From NCBI RefSeq assembly GCF_030028105.1, contig NC_092402.1, positions 53,152,709 through 53,216,708 of the forward strand: 64,000 nt of DNA, in the 5' to 3' direction. This DNA comes from Mobula birostris. Lineage: Eukaryota. Positions 1 through 13,430 of the stretch are shown here, piece by piece. The notes under the pieces are model-generated. The model worked only from the letters and a program-made list of their open reading frames with translations. It did not search any database and had not been told where the DNA came from. Position 1 is the first letter of the stretch; every line of letters begins with the position of its first letter. A program made the position numbers and the translations under genes.

Positions 1-470
1 CCTTACTTATCAAGAACTTATCAACCTCCGCTTTAAATATACCTAATTAACTTGGCCACGTTACCCTCCGGCTAGAGAAATATCTCCTCCACCTCTGTTC
101 TAAAGGGACGCTCTTCTATTCTGCAGCTGTGCCCTCTAGTCCTAGACTCCCCCAGTATCGGAATTATCCTCTCCACGTCCACTCTATCTCGGCCTTCCGA
201 TATTCGATAGCTTTCAATTAGATTTCCCGTCATTCTTTTGAACTCCAGCGAATAAATTGTCCCCGGACTCTCTCAATGTCAACACATCCTTTTTTTTTAA
301 GCTATCGGGCCCAAAACTGCTCACAATAGTCCAACTGCGGTCTGACCAGTGCATTATAAACCCTCAGCATTACATCCTTGCTTTTATATTCTAGTCCTCT
401 CAAAATCAATGCTAACATTATATTTGCCTTCCTCACCACCGACCCAGCCTGCAAGTTCACCTGTCATTCT
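1..470 (-). mobile_element. CR1-type LINE, degenerate 3' ORF2 fragment
   Basis: Similar to the CR1 copies at 7000-7470 and 12100-12520 (ctagactcccc..., aatgctaacatt..., cctgcaagttcacct). No intact ORF. Confidence 0.75.
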
Positions 471-639
471 GCCTTGTCTCATCGACTCGCACCTCAGTAC
501 TCCTCCCACCCATGTACTAATCCAAACTTCTCTGAAGTGTTGCAATCAAACTCGCATCCGCCACTTCCGCTGGCAGTTCGTTCCACACCCTCGCCACCCT
601 CTGAGAGAAGTTCCCCTTTATCTTCCACTTAAATATTTC

Positions 640-1005
640 ATCTGGTGTACACACAGGCATTGCAAGTGTAAGTGTCGGGAAGTCACGTTCAGCTGTATAA
701 AACTTGGGTCAGACCGCACTAAGAGTATTACATTCAGTTCTGGTCGCTGTGGAGACTTTGGAGAGGGTGCAGAAGTGGCTCGCTAGGATGCTGCCTGGGT
801 TAGAGGGCATGAACAGTAAGAAGAGGTTGGTCAAACTTGGGTTGTTGTCTCTGAAGCCGCGGAAGCTGTGTGGAGATCTGATAGAGGTTTATAAGATTAT
901 GAGAGGCAGAGATACTGTATGGTAGACAGTCAACCTTTCCCCCAAGGTAGAATTGTCAAACGCCAGAGGACATGTTTTTAATGTTTGGGGAGGGGTGCTC
1001 AAAGG
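640..1005 (+). mobile_element. CR1-type LINE ORF2 C-terminal fragment
   Basis: ORF 704-925 reads LERVQK..RMLPGL..LGLLSL..RKLCGDLIEVYKIMRG, the typical CR1 post-RT C-terminus. Confidence 0.8.
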
Positions 1006-1345
1006 TGGCAACCTGTGTGTGTGTGTGTGTGTGTGTGTGAGAAAGAGAGAGAGAGAGAGAGACAGAGAGAGAGAATGACAGGAATAGAGAGTGAAAGCTA
1101 ACAAGACAAAAGGAGAGGCCGTGAGAGAGATGGAGATAGTAATTAAGAAAGACGATGTGAGAGAGAAAGATGGACAGAGTAACTCAAGCAGAAAGGGAGA
1201 AAATGGAGATAGAGGGGACAGAGATAGATAAATATAGAGAAAGGGAGAGAGGGGAACAACGATGTGTAAAAGACATTTAGGTAGACACATGAACAGGCGG
1301 GGAATGGAGGGATATGAACACTGTGCGAGCAAAGGTGATAAGTTG

Positions 1346-2466
1346 CAGTGGTGATAGAAATTTTGCGAACCCTGTAGAATTTTCTCTATTTCTTCATAAA
1401 TATGACCTAAATGTGATCAAATCTTCACACAAGTCCTAAAACTAGATAGAGAACCCAATTAAATAAATAACACAAAAACATTATACTTGTTCATTTATTT
1501 TTTGAGAAAAAATGATCCAATATCACATGTATTTGTTGGAAAAAGTATGTGAATTCTTTCTTTCAGTAATTGGTGTGACCCCCTTGTACAGCAATAACTT
1601 CAACCAAACGTTTCTGGTAACTGGTGATCAGTCCTGCACGTCAGCTTGGAGGAATTTTGGCCATTCCTCCTTACAAAACTGCTTCATCTCTGGGATGTTG
1701 GAGGGCTTCCTTCCATGAACTGTTTGCTTCAGGTCCTTCCACAACATTTCTATAGGACTTTGAAGTCGGACTTTGACTCGGCCATTGAAAAACATGAATT
1801 TCCGTTCTTTTTAAACCATTCTATTGTTGATTTACTCTTGTCTTTTGGATCATTGTCTTGTTGCATTACCCAAGTTCTATTAAGCCAGGTGAAGGACTGC
1901 TACCCGAACATTCTCCTACAAAATATCTTGCTACAATTTCGAATTCACTGTTCCCTCAATGATTGCAAGCTGTCCAGGCCCTGAGGCAGCAAAGCAGCCC
2001 CAAACCATGATGCTCCTTCCATCATGCTTCACAGTTGGGATGAGGTTTTGGCGTTGATGTGCGGTGTCCTTCATCTTCCAAACACCGTAATGTGCATTTC
2101 TGCCAAAAAGTTCAACTTTTGTCTCATCTATCTGCAGAAGCGTTGTAGAACATACAGGTGGTCTTTTGCAAACTTGAGACGTGTATCAATACGCAATATC
2201 TTTCCATGAACACCATTCTTGTTCAGTGTTTTTCTTATAGTGGACACATGAACAGAGACTTCAGCAAGTTCTGCAGGTCTTTTGCTGTTACCCTTGGGTT
2301 GTTTTTCACCTCTTTCAACATTGCACGCTGTGCTCTTGGTGCGATCTTTGCAGGATGCCCACTCCTGGGGAGGGTAGAAACAGTACTGAGTTTCCTCCAT
2401 TTGTAGACAATTTCCCTTACTGTGGACTGATGAACACTCGGGTCTTTAGAAATGATTTTGTAGCCA
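1346..2466 (-). mobile_element. Tc1/mariner DNA transposon, decayed and truncated
   Basis: Minus-strand fragments GYKIISK..VHQSTVREIVYKWRK..LPRSGHPAKI..RVTAKDLQ, VHVSTIRKTLNKNG and RLKFAKDHL are Tc1 transposase HTH motifs split by frameshifts. A CAGTGG-type terminal repeat starts at 1346. Confidence 0.88.
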
Positions 2467-4415
2467 GTCAGTAACATGAACTGGACGGAATGAATGAGAG
2501 TGATTGTGTGACAGAGAGGGGGGGGGGGGGAGGGAGTGAGTGGATGGCAGAGACAGGAGACCTAAGGAGAAGACGAAGAAGGTAGATAGGTGCTAGCAAT
2601 AGCCATATGTAGTGAGACAGACAGACAGACAAACCAGATGGAGCGAGACAGAACAAGTGGAACACATACACATAGATATAGGAAGAGGGAGAAGGACAGT
2701 TTGACAAATTGAGAGAAACAGGGATCGAGGAGACACAGATAGATATAGAGAGACGACATGAGAGGCAGAGAGACGGGGACACACACCCAGGTAGAGAGAG
2801 AGACATTCAGAACATAGAGATAGGAAAGCACAGAAGGACATAGGGAGACCCACTGAGAGGCAAATTGATGGCAGAAAGTGGGAAGGTCAAACACGTGCAT
2901 ACAGAGCTAGACAGAGCAAATGACAAATAGGCGGAAAAAGGGAAACAGAGAGCCAAAATGGAGGAAACACGTGCTGGAAATCAGAAATAACAGCAGAAAA
3001 CGTCAGAAACATTCAACAGGTCGAGACCGTATCCGTTCATAGAGAAACTCAAGGAATGTTTCAGGATATGAAGATCCTTCGTCAGAACACAGAGGGATAA
3101 AGTGTAGAAGGCAGAGAGAGAGAGAGAGAGAAACAGACAGACAGACAGACAGAGACAGAGACTAAGACAAAGAGAAACAGAGAGAGAGATTGGAGAGAGG
3201 GAAGGTGAGAGGGAGACCGAAAGACACAGAGAGGAAGAATAAAAAGCTTGTGGGGACACAGAAGCAGAGATTGAGGTAGGCCAGGGGAAATGCAGAGAGA
3301 GAGACAAAGATAGAGGGAGAGACGGGAGGGAGGGAGAAAGGGCGAGACAGAGAGAGCACGAAAGGGAAGGAGAGAGAGGGAAACAGAAGGAGAGAGAAGG
3401 AAAGAGAGAGAGGGCGAGAAACTGAAAGGTAAAGGAACAGGAAATAGAGAAGGGAGAGAGAGGGATATGAGGGAGAATGGTAGAGAGTGTGGGAGAGAGA
3501 GAGGAGAGAGACAGGGAGGGAAACAGAGGGACAGACGTACATTCAAGGAGACAGGCAGACTGGGAGAGGCAGAAAAGCAAGAGGCTAAATGCGCAGGCAT
3601 GGATTGAACTACTCTACAGCATCTGTAAAGCCATACCGTGTCAAAAAGCACTGCCCCACCTTCCAGGCAACTTCCAACCCAGACTCCGACCAGGCTTCAT
3701 CCTGGTGAGAAGTATTTCTGGGGGGATGTCGAGGCGGCTGAGGGTGGGGACGTGGAGACCGACGGGTGGATGGTTGGGGAGCTGGGTTGGTGGAGAGAGA
3801 GAGAGAGAGAGAGAGGTGAAAGCGAAGGATGGGGGAGGGGAAATAGACAGAGGAAGAACTGGAATGCATCTGTTTTCCAGATTGCATTCTTGAAAAAAAA
3901 CCATAGTAATGACATTGATATGGACTTCGAAATTTAATCTCTCTCTCTCGCGCGCGCGCGCTTTTTCATTTTCTCTCCGTTTCACCGCTCCTCCATCTCT
4001 CCGTTTATCTGTCTGCCTCTCTTTTTCTTTCTCCCGCTCTTTTCATCTCTTTCTTTGTCTTACCCCTGGCTTTATCTTTCCTCCTCTCTATCTATCTATT
4101 CATATGTCTCTTCCTGTCTATGTCTCTGTCTGTCTAGCTATTTATATGTCTATCTGTCTATCCATGTATCTATCTACGTATCTATGTATTATGTATGTAA
4201 CTATCTATCTATCTATCCATCTCTACTGTCTTCCACGCTATTTTCACATTACGTCGAGGTTGGTTGAATCTGTGTGCGTGGGTGGATTGAGGCGTGTGTG
4301 ATAAAAGGGAGAGTGGTATGTGTACGCATGTGACAGATTATGTGTGTTGGGGGGAAGTGAAGGAGAAAGGGAGCGGTGTGGTTGGGGGTATGTGATAGTG
4401 ATGTGTGTATGTATG

Positions 4416-4461
<46 letters not shown>

Positions 4462-5726
4462 TGGATGAGAGAGAGAGGGGAGGGGAATACAGCTTAACTT
4501 TAATTTGAGTTTAACGATATTTACCATGAACATCAAATCAGTGGAGGGATCCCACACATATCTCGGCCGGTGAGAGACTTCGAAGGTACATTTTTGTCCA
4601 CTAATCTCCTGAAAATGTTTTAAACAGCCGCTTTTCTCGTTTCACATCCGAAGAAAGCACGATCCAAGTCTGTGCGTCTCTCTTCCCCCGCCCCCTCCCC
4701 GTTCTCTCTCTCTTTGATCGCCACTTGGCTGGCGTATTTTTGGCCGTGACCCTCACTGTCTGCTGAGGTCGACGCAACATGACGCCACATTTCAGTTTTG
4801 TCCTTTGAATGGTGTTTATCAAGATTTCGGCGTCCGTGGGGCGGGGGGGGTGGTGGAGGGAGAGAGAGAGCGAGGTGGGACGGGTGGGGGGGAAGAGTGC
4901 CTATGAAACAACTAGCAAATTGAGTTATTATTGCCCCATGTACTGCGGTCCAGTGCAAAACTTGTCGTGCATACCGTTTATAATACAAACTCTATAAACT
5001 TTATACAGATCAGGTTAAGGACTCTCGCCGTCTGGGACGTGCCCGGTTCTTATTACTACCACCAGGAAGGAGGCAAAGGAGTCCGAAGGCCCTCACTTAG
5101 CACTTCTTGAGCAGGTTTTGCAGTCAGGTTTCTGAATGGTGTATTAGAAGGAGCATTACTTTGTTATTCCATTTTTTGGTGTTATTTATTTATTTCAAAA
5201 ATTATACTAGTTTTATGTTTTAGCCCAGTACAACTGCTACAGAAAGGCAAATTTCACTTCATAAAAGACTGCGTTAAAAAAAAACCTGATTCATTAGGTA
5301 AGACAATAACAGAATTGCAGAATTTACAGAGAAAGGGCAGTGCAGACAGACAATTAGGTGCAAGGACCACGACGAGATTGATTGTGAGGTCGAGTCCATT
5401 TTATCGTACAGGAGACCATTCAATAGTCTGATAGCAATAGTCTGATAGAAGCTGTTCTTGGGTCTGTGGTACGTGCGTGGGGAGGGAAAGAGATTGTCCG
5501 GAGTGAGTGGAGACTTTATGTTGGCTGGCTTACGGAGTCAGAGAGCAGTGTAAACGGGAGGAGAGGCTGAAATGTTGTGGTCACGGAGATGATGCATCCT
5601 GATAGGGTGCCTTCTATGGGTCATCAATTAAATTTGGTGAGAGCAGAATTTCTTTAGCCTTCTGTTGAAGTACAAGGGTGGCGGACTTTCTGGCCGTGCA
5701 AGACGAGGGCGTAAAGGAGAAGAAGA

Positions 5727-8040
5727 CCATTAGACTATAAGACCTAGGAGCAGAATTAGGTCAGTCGGCCTATCGAGTCTGCTCGGCCATTCCGTCATGG
5801 GTGATTTACTATCCCCCTCAGCAAGTATAGGCCTAGAACTCCTCATATATTACCCTTTCATTCCTGGGATGATTCTTTTGACCCTCTTCTGGACTCTCTC
5901 CAATGTCAGCACATCTTTTCTTAGATACTGTCCACAATGCACCAAGTGGGGTTTGATCAATGCCTTCTGAACGGTCAACATTGTATCCTTACTTTCATAT
6001 TCTAGTCCTTTTGGAATGAATGCTAACATTGTATTTGCCTTCCTTAACACCGACTAAACCTGCAAGTTAACCTTTAGCGAATTTGGCACGAGGATTCCCA
6101 AGACCCCTCTCTACCTCTATTTTTTTCAAATTTCTCCCCATTTACAAGATAGCCCACACGTTTATTCCTTCTGTCAAGGTTCATGACCATGCACTTCCCT
6201 ACATTATATTCCATCTGCCACTTCTTTGCACAGTTCCTCAATCTTCCTAAGTCATTCTCTAGCCTGCCTGCTTCCTTGACGTTACCTGCCCCTCCAACTA
6301 TCTTCGTATCGTCCGCAAACCTGGCCATAAATCCATCAATTCCTTCATCCAAATCATTGACACACAGTGCGAAATGAACCACTCCTAACAGGACCCTTTC
6401 GGCACACCACTATTCACCGGCAGCCAACCACAGTTCTCCTTTATTCCCACTCCTTGCCTCCTGCCAGACAGGCAATTCTTTTCACAGGCTAGTATCTTTC
6501 CCAAAATACTCTGGGCTCTTATCTTGTTTAGCGGCCTCATGAGCGGCACTTTGTCAAAGGCCTTTTGCTTGTTATTTCCTCAAATAATTCCAATGGATTT
6601 GTCAGGCAAGAATTCTCCTTTTTAAAAAAAACACGCTGACTTTGGCCTATTTTATCACTTGTCTCCAAGTACCCTGAAACCTCATCCTTAATAATAGACT
6701 CAAACACCTTTCCAACCATTGAGGTCTGGTCAACTGTCCTCTAATTTCCTTTCTTCTGCCTCCCTCCCTTCTTAAATATGGAGTGACATTTGCAATTTTC
6801 CAGTCCTCAGGAGCCATAAGACCATAAGACCATAAGACAAAGGAGCAGAAGTAGGCCATTCGGTCCATCGAGTCTGCTCCGCCATTTTTATCATGAGCTG
6901 ATCCATTTTCTCCTATTTAGTCCCACTCCCCTGCCTTCTCACCATAACCTTTGATGCCCTGGCTACTCAGATACCTATCAATCTCTGCCTTAAATACACC
7001 CAATGACTTGGCCTCCACTGCTGCCCGTGGCAACAAATTCCATAGATTCACCACCCTCTGACTAAAAAAATTTCTTCACATTTCTGTTCTGAAAGGGTGC
7101 CCTTCAATCCTTGAGTCATGTCCTCTCGTACTAGACTCCCCTATCATGGGAAACAACTTTGCCACATCCACTCTGTCCATGTCTTTTAACATTCGAAATG
7201 TTTCTATAAGGTCTCCCCTCATTCTTCTGAACTCCAAGGAATACAGTCCAAGAGCGGACAAACGTTCCTCATATGTTAACGCTCTCAGTCCCGGAATCAT
7301 TCTAGTGAATCTTCTCTGTACCCTCTCCAACGTCAGCACATCCTTTCTTAAATAAGGAGATCAAAACTGCCCACAGTACTCCAAGTGAGGTCTCACCAGC
7401 GCCTTATAGAGCCTCAACATCACATCCATGCTCCTGTTCTCTATTCCTCTAGAAATGAATGTCAACATTGCCATAACAGATCTAGTGATCATTACTAATG
7501 CCCCCACAATCTCTTCAGCTACCTCTTTCAGAACGGTGGGGTGTAGTCCATCTGGTCCAAGTGACTTATCTACCTTCAGACCTTTCAGCTACCCAAGCAT
7601 CTTTGCCTTAGTGATAGCAACTACACTCACTTCTGCCCCCTGAGACTTTCACATTTCTGGTATCCTGCTAGTGTCTTGCACAGTGAAGGTTTGCGCAAAT
7701 TACTTATTATGCTGCTCCACCAGTTCTTTGTCCCCCAGTAGTATCTCTCCAACGTCATTTTCCAGTGGTCCGATATCCACTCTCATCTCTCTTTTACTCT
7801 TTATATATCTGAAAGAAAGACTGTATCCTGTTTTATAATATTGGTTAGGTTACATTCGTAATTCATCTGCGTTCTCTTTATGGCGTTTTAGTTGCTCTCT
7901 GTTGGTTTTTAAAAGTTTCTGAATCCGCTACCATCCTGATAATATTTGCTTTATTATGTGTTCTCTCTTTTGCTCTTATGCTGTCTTTGATTCCCCTTGT
8001 CAGCCACGGTTGCCTCATCCTCCCTTCTTCAGCTTTGGAA
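5727..8040 (-). mobile_element. CR1-type LINE (RT fragments), interrupted by a nested CR1
   Basis: Fragments VNDLDEG..RFADDTKIVG..WQMEYNVGKC (6074-6382), VGKVFESIIKD..SCLTN (6537-6719) and PEDWKIANVTP. Short-repeat 3' tail near 5727. Element resumes after 7476. Confidence 0.85.
6820..7469 (-). mobile_element. 5'-truncated CR1 nested in an older CR1
   Basis: (CCATAAGA)n tail. ORF 7076-7339 LERVQRRFTRMIPG..LGLYSLEFRRMRGDLIETF. GCCATAA direct repeat at 6813-6819 and 7470-7476. Confidence 0.85.
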
Positions 8041-8265
8041 TGTATTTATCCTGCGCCTTCCGAATCCGCCTCCTCCCCCCCCAACCCCCAACGCCATGAA
8101 ACCCCAGCCTTTGCTGTTCTGGTGTCATTCCTGCCATCCTCTTCTTACCCTCACTGGCAGAAATCCACAGATTAGCTGAGGCCCTACTTTACAGCTTCCT
8201 GTCTAACTCTCTATATTATTTCTTCAAGACCTCTCTTTTCCTACCTATGCCGTTGGTACTAATAT

Positions 8266-8759
8266 AGAACATATAGAACATAGAATAGTACAGCATAGTA
8301 CAGGCCCTTCGGCCCACAATGTTGTGCCGACCCTCAAACCCTGCCTCCCATATAACCCCCCCACCTTAAATTCCTCCATATACCTGTCTAGTAGTCTATT
8401 AAACTTCACTAGTGTATCTGCCTCCACCACTGACTCAGGCAGTGCATTCCACGCACCAACCACTCTCTGAATAAAAAACCTTCCTGTAATATCTCCCTTG
8501 AACTTCCCACCCCTTACCTTAAAGCCACGTCCTCTTGTATTGAGCAGTGGTGCCCTGGGGAAGAGGCGTTGGCTATCCACTCTATCTACCTCTTATTATC
8601 TTGTACACCTCTATCATGTCTCCTCTCATCCTCCTTCTCTCCAAAGAGTAAAGCCCTAGCTCCTTTAATCTCTGATCATAATGCACACTCTCTAAACCAA
8701 GCAGCATCCTGGTAAATCTCCACTGTACCCTTTCCAATGCTTCCACATCCTTCCTATAG
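8266..8759 (-). mobile_element. 5'-truncated CR1 with (ATAGAAC)n tail
   Basis: ORF 8245-8580 TRGRGFKVRG..FFIQRVVGAWNALPESVVEA is a CR1 C-terminus. TAATAT flanks both ends. Confidence 0.82.
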
Positions 8760-8904
8760 TAATATGTACCAAGACTTCCGGCGGGTCACTCCTCCACTTT
8801 AGACACGATCCAAGATGTCTCTGGCCTCTGCAACTGGGAGGCTACATACCACCGGGTGTCTCGTTCACGTTCACAGAATCTCCTTTCTGCTATCACTACT
8901 GCAT

Positions 8905-10215
8905 TGGATTGCACTGACAGGATTGGTCCGAGTCAGCATGGATTTATGAAGGGGAAATCCTGCTTGACTAATCTTCTGGAATTTTTTGAGGATGTAACTA
9001 TGAAAATGGACAAGGGAGAGCCAGTGGATGTAGTGTACCTGGACTTTCAGAAAGCCTTTGATAAAGTCCCACATAGGAGATTAGTGGGCAAAATTAGGGC
9101 ACATGGTATTGGGAACAGAGTACTGACATGGATTGAAAATTGGCTGGCTGACAGAAAACAAAGAGTAGCGATTAACGGGTCCTTTTTGGAATGGCAGGCG
9201 GTGACCAGTGGGGTACCGCAGGGTTCAGTGCTGGGACCGCAGCTGTTTACAATATATATTAATGATTTAGATGAGGGAATTAAAAGTAACATTAGCAAAT
9301 TTGCCGGTGACACAAAGCTGGGTGGCAGTGTGAAATGTGAGGAGGATGTTATGAGAATGCAGGGTGACTTGGACAGGCTGGGTGAGTGGGCAGATGCATG
9401 GCAGATGCAGTTTAATGTGGATAAATGTGAGGTTATCCACTTTGGTGGTAAGAACAGGAAGGCAGATTATTAACTAAATGGAGTCAAGTTAGGAAAAGGG
9501 GAAGCACAACGAGATCTAGGTGTTCTTGAACAGCAGTCACTGAAAGCAAGCATGCAAGTACAGCAGGCAGTGAAGAAAGCTAATGGCGTGCTGATCTTCA
9601 GAACAAGGGGAATTGAGTATAAGAGCAAAGAGGTCCTTCTGCAGCTGCACAGGGGCCTGGTGAGACCACACCTGGAGTACAGCGTGCAAATTTGAGGAAG
9701 GACATTCTTGCTATAGAGGGAGTGCAGCGTAGGTTCACAAGGTTAATTCCCGGGTTGGCGGGACTGTCATATGTTGAAAGATTGGATCGACTGGGCTTGT
9801 ATACTCTGGAATTTAGAAGGCTGAGAGGGGATCTTATTGAAACATATAAGATTATTAAGGGATTGGACACAATGGAGGCAGGAAGCATGTTCTCGCTGAT
9901 GGGCGAGTCCAGAACCAGAGGCCACAGTTTAAGAATAAGGGGTAGGCCATTTAGAACGGAGTTGAGGAAAAACTTTTTCACCCAGAGAGTGGTGGATATG
10001 TGGAATGCTCTGCCCCAGAAGGCTGTGGAGGCCAAGTTTCTGGATGCTTTCAAGAAAGAGATGGATAGAGCTCTTAAAGATAGCGGAATCAAAGGTTATG
10101 GGGATAAGGCAGGAATTGGATATTGATTGTGGATGATCAGCCATGATCACAGTGAGTGATGGTGCTGGCTCGAAGGGCCGAATGGCCTACTCCTTCACCT
10201 TTTGTCTATTGTCTA
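8905..10215 (+). mobile_element. CR1-type LINE reverse transcriptase and 3' end
   Basis: ORF 8856-9473 QHGFMKGKSCLTNLL..YLDFQKAFDKVPH..GVPQGSVLGP..KFAGDTKLGG (FADD changed to FAGD). ORF 9692-10126 is the C-terminus. Stops and deletions present. Confidence 0.92.
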
Positions 10216-10778
10216 CTTCTCTTCTCCCCTCTGCCAGAGACCTCGTCACTGTGACCCCCCCCCCCCCGGTAGTTCGTCTCTCCCCCTAGCAGTATCCAAA
10301 GCGATATACTTATTATTGAGGGGAACGACCACAGGGATTCTTTGCACTAGCTGCCTAATCCCTTTCCCTCTCCTGACAGTCATCTAGCTACCTGCCTCCT
10401 GAAACATAGAGGTGACCACCTCCTTGTAGCTCCCATCTATCACCTCCTCATTTTCCCGTATGAGCTGAAGGTAGACGAGCTGCAGTTCCAGCTCCTTAAC
10501 AGGGTCTCAAAGGAGCCACATCTCAATGCACTCTGTGTACATGTAGTCGTCAGGCAGACCGGAGATCTCCCAGATTTTCCACATCCCACACAAAGAACGT
10601 ACCACAAATTCTGGATGGGCTCATTCTCAGTGCACTAGCTGTATACTAACAGAAAAAATAACTTACTAGAAACGTTCTTGCTTCCTTACTTAGAACCTCA
10701 GCCTGTACTTGCCCAAGCCTACTCTCGGTGAAGCCTGTTGAGCGACAGACCGCCCGTTTTAACAAGAACAAGAAGGAA

Positions 10779-10859
<81 letters not shown>

Positions 10860-11974
10860 AATTGAAGGAGAGCGAAATGAAACCAAGGAATTAGGAACAG
10901 ATCACTGACCCGGATAAACTGGAATTGGAATTAGTTTATTAATGTCACATGTACCGAGATACAGTGAAAATACAGAGGTAGAATAAATAAAACAAAAACA
11001 GAATACAGAATAAAGTGTTACAGAGACAGATAAGATGCAGTGCAGGTAGACAATAAGGTGCAAGGGCCAGCACGAGGTAGATTGCCAGGTCCATTTTATC
11101 GTACAAGAGGTCTATTCAAAGTCTTTTAACTGCGACAGAAGCTATCCCTGGGCCTGGCTTTTGTACTTCTGACAACAGGACTGAATGTAATGACCATAAA
11201 CATAAAACTTTTGCAACGTTCCTTCTTTTGTATTTCTATTTTGAATAAAGTTAATTTTGTTTGCATATGTGATGACATGAAATTTGTTAATTTGCCACAG
11301 CAGTACAGAGTTAAAACATAAAATTTCTATAAATTGCATAAGTAAGTACATAGTGCAGATAACAAAAGAAAGAACGAGGGTCATGGGTTCATCGACAGTT
11401 CTGGTGGTAGAGAGGAAGAAGCTGTTTCTGTAACGTTAAATGTGAGTCTTCAGGTTCATAGATCTTCTCATCGGTGGTAGTAATGAGCAGAGCGTATGTT
11501 CCAGATGGTGGATGCCGCTTCCTTGAGGCATTGCTTCTTGAAGATGTCCTCGATGGTGGGGAAGGCTGTACACGTGATGGAGCTGGTTGAGTCTACAAAT
11601 CGCTGCAACCTGTCGGGGTCCTGTGCGTTAGAGCCTCTATATCAGATGGTGGTGCAACCAGTTAGAATGCTCTCCACCGTACGTATGTAGAAATTTGCTG
11701 GAATCTTTGGTCACAGAGTAATGGCTGACGGAGTTTCATCTGGGATAGGGTGATGTGTGGCAGTTTCAGAGGTCAAATGCACAGGGAAAAGCATACAGTT
11801 AATGGCAAATTAGTAAATTGGCTACTATTGACACATACACCCAAATACAGTGAAAAACTTGCGCTGTAGACCATTTATACGGATCATTTCATTACAACAG
11901 CGCATTGAGATAGTACAAGGACAAACAATTGCAGAATGTACAATAAGGCGTCACAGTTACAGAGAACGTGCCGT

Positions 11975-12730
11975 GCGACATAGGACCATAAGGCAATAAA
12001 ACGTACAAGCCGAATTAGGCCATTCGTCCCATCGAGTGTGTTCCGCCATTCCGTCATGGCTGATGTATTATCCCTCTCAGCCCCATTCTCCTGCCTTCTC
12101 CCCATAACCTTTGACCCCTTACCAATCATCCTCCACTTTATATACACCCAGTGATGGCCTCTGCGGCCGCCTGTGGCAATGAATTCCTCAGATTCACCAC
12201 CCTCTGCTAAAGAAATCTTCCTCGTCTCTGTTCTGAATGGAAGTTTCTCTATTCGGAGGCTGTGCCCTCTGGTCCAAGACTCCCCCACTATTGCAAACAT
12301 CCTCTTAACATCCACTCTACCAAGGCCTTTCAATATTCGATAGGTTTCAATGCGATCTCCCACCCCCTCAACCCCTTACGATACTCCGTGCGGTTTGATC
12401 AAAGTCTTATATTCTAGCCTTTCAATGCCTTTCTTTTATATTCTAGCTTTCTCGAAGTGAATGCTAACATTGCATTTGCCTTCCTTACCACCGATTCAAT
12501 CTGCAAGTTAACCTTCAGGGAATCCTGCAAAAGGACTCCCAAATCCCTTTGCAGCTCTGGTTTCAGAATTTGCTCCCGGTTAGAAATTAGTCTACACTTT
12601 TATTCCTTCTGCTAAAGTGAATTTTCCTTTTCCTACATTGTATTCCATCAGCCATTTCTTTGCTCGTATTCCTAACCTGCCCTGGTCCTTTTGCAGACTC
12701 TCTGCTTCCTTAACACTACGTGTTCCTCCA
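11975..12730 (-). mobile_element. Degenerate CR1 3' fragment, within older LINE remnants (about 10915-12890)
   Basis: ORF 11884-12363 GDRIETYRILKGLGRVDV..TRGHSLRI. The sequence on either side resembles the LINE remnants at 5290-5700 and 10915-11160. Confidence 0.7.
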
Positions 12731-12904
12731 CTTACCAGCCAGACAGTAAGGTGGTTGGTGATAGCGAAGTAGATTGTGAGGTCAAGAGCCAATCCAAGAG
12801 GTCCGTTCAAGTGTCTTACAACAGCGGGGTAAAAGTTGTCCTTGGACCTGGTAGTGAATGCCTTTAAGCTTCTGTATCTTCTGCCCTAGAGAGAGAGAGA
12901 GAGA

Positions 12905-13430
12905 GATACTGAGAGAGAGCTGTACTGAGGCAGGGCTGCACCGTGGGCGACATGCATTGACGGAAAAGTTGTACTGACGCGGGCTACACTAAGGGAGAAG
13001 GTACTGAGGAAGAGTCATACTGAGGGAGAGTTGTATTGTGGTAGTGCTACACTGTGGTGTGGGGATATACTGAGGGAGAGTTTTACTGAGAGAGAGCTGC
13101 ACTGAGGGAGGGTTGCACTGAGAGAAGTTTGCACTGAGTAAGAGTTGTACTGGGGCGATGTACTGGGGAAGAGCTGTACTGAGGGAGAACTATTGAGGTG
13201 TTGCTATATTGTGTGTGTGGGGGGGAGCTATTCTAATGGAGAGTTGTACTGAGGGGGTAGCTGTACTGAGGGAGGCTCTACTGGTGGAATTTTGCACCGT
13301 GTGAGAGTTGTAGTGGGGCGATGTACTGAGGAAGAGCTGCACGGAGGGAGGGTTGTACTGATGAAGGTTTGCACTGAGTGAGAGTTGTAGTGAGGGAGGG
13401 TTGTACAGAGGGAGATCCGTACTGTGGAGT
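12905..13430. repeat. Degenerate ~16-bp minisatellite (GAGAGYTGTACTGAGG-like)
   Basis: Many diverged tandem units such as gagagctgtactgagg, gagagttgtactgagg and gagggttgcactgaga. Confidence 0.85.

Noticed and set aside
3590-3720. Unique stretch ending in a donor-like CTG|GTGAGA, considered as a HoxC11/C12 exon remnant
   Set aside because: No frame shows a Hox11 or Hox12 motif I recognise, and there is no downstream homeobox.
2468-4560. Many long Leu/Ser- or Cys/Val-rich ORFs, here and throughout the window
   Set aside because: They are translations of (CT)n, (GA)n and (GT)n microsatellites, or run through N gaps.
12905-13430. Repeat array considered as CRISPR-like
   Set aside because: Tandem degenerate units without unique spacers, in vertebrate DNA; it is a minisatellite.
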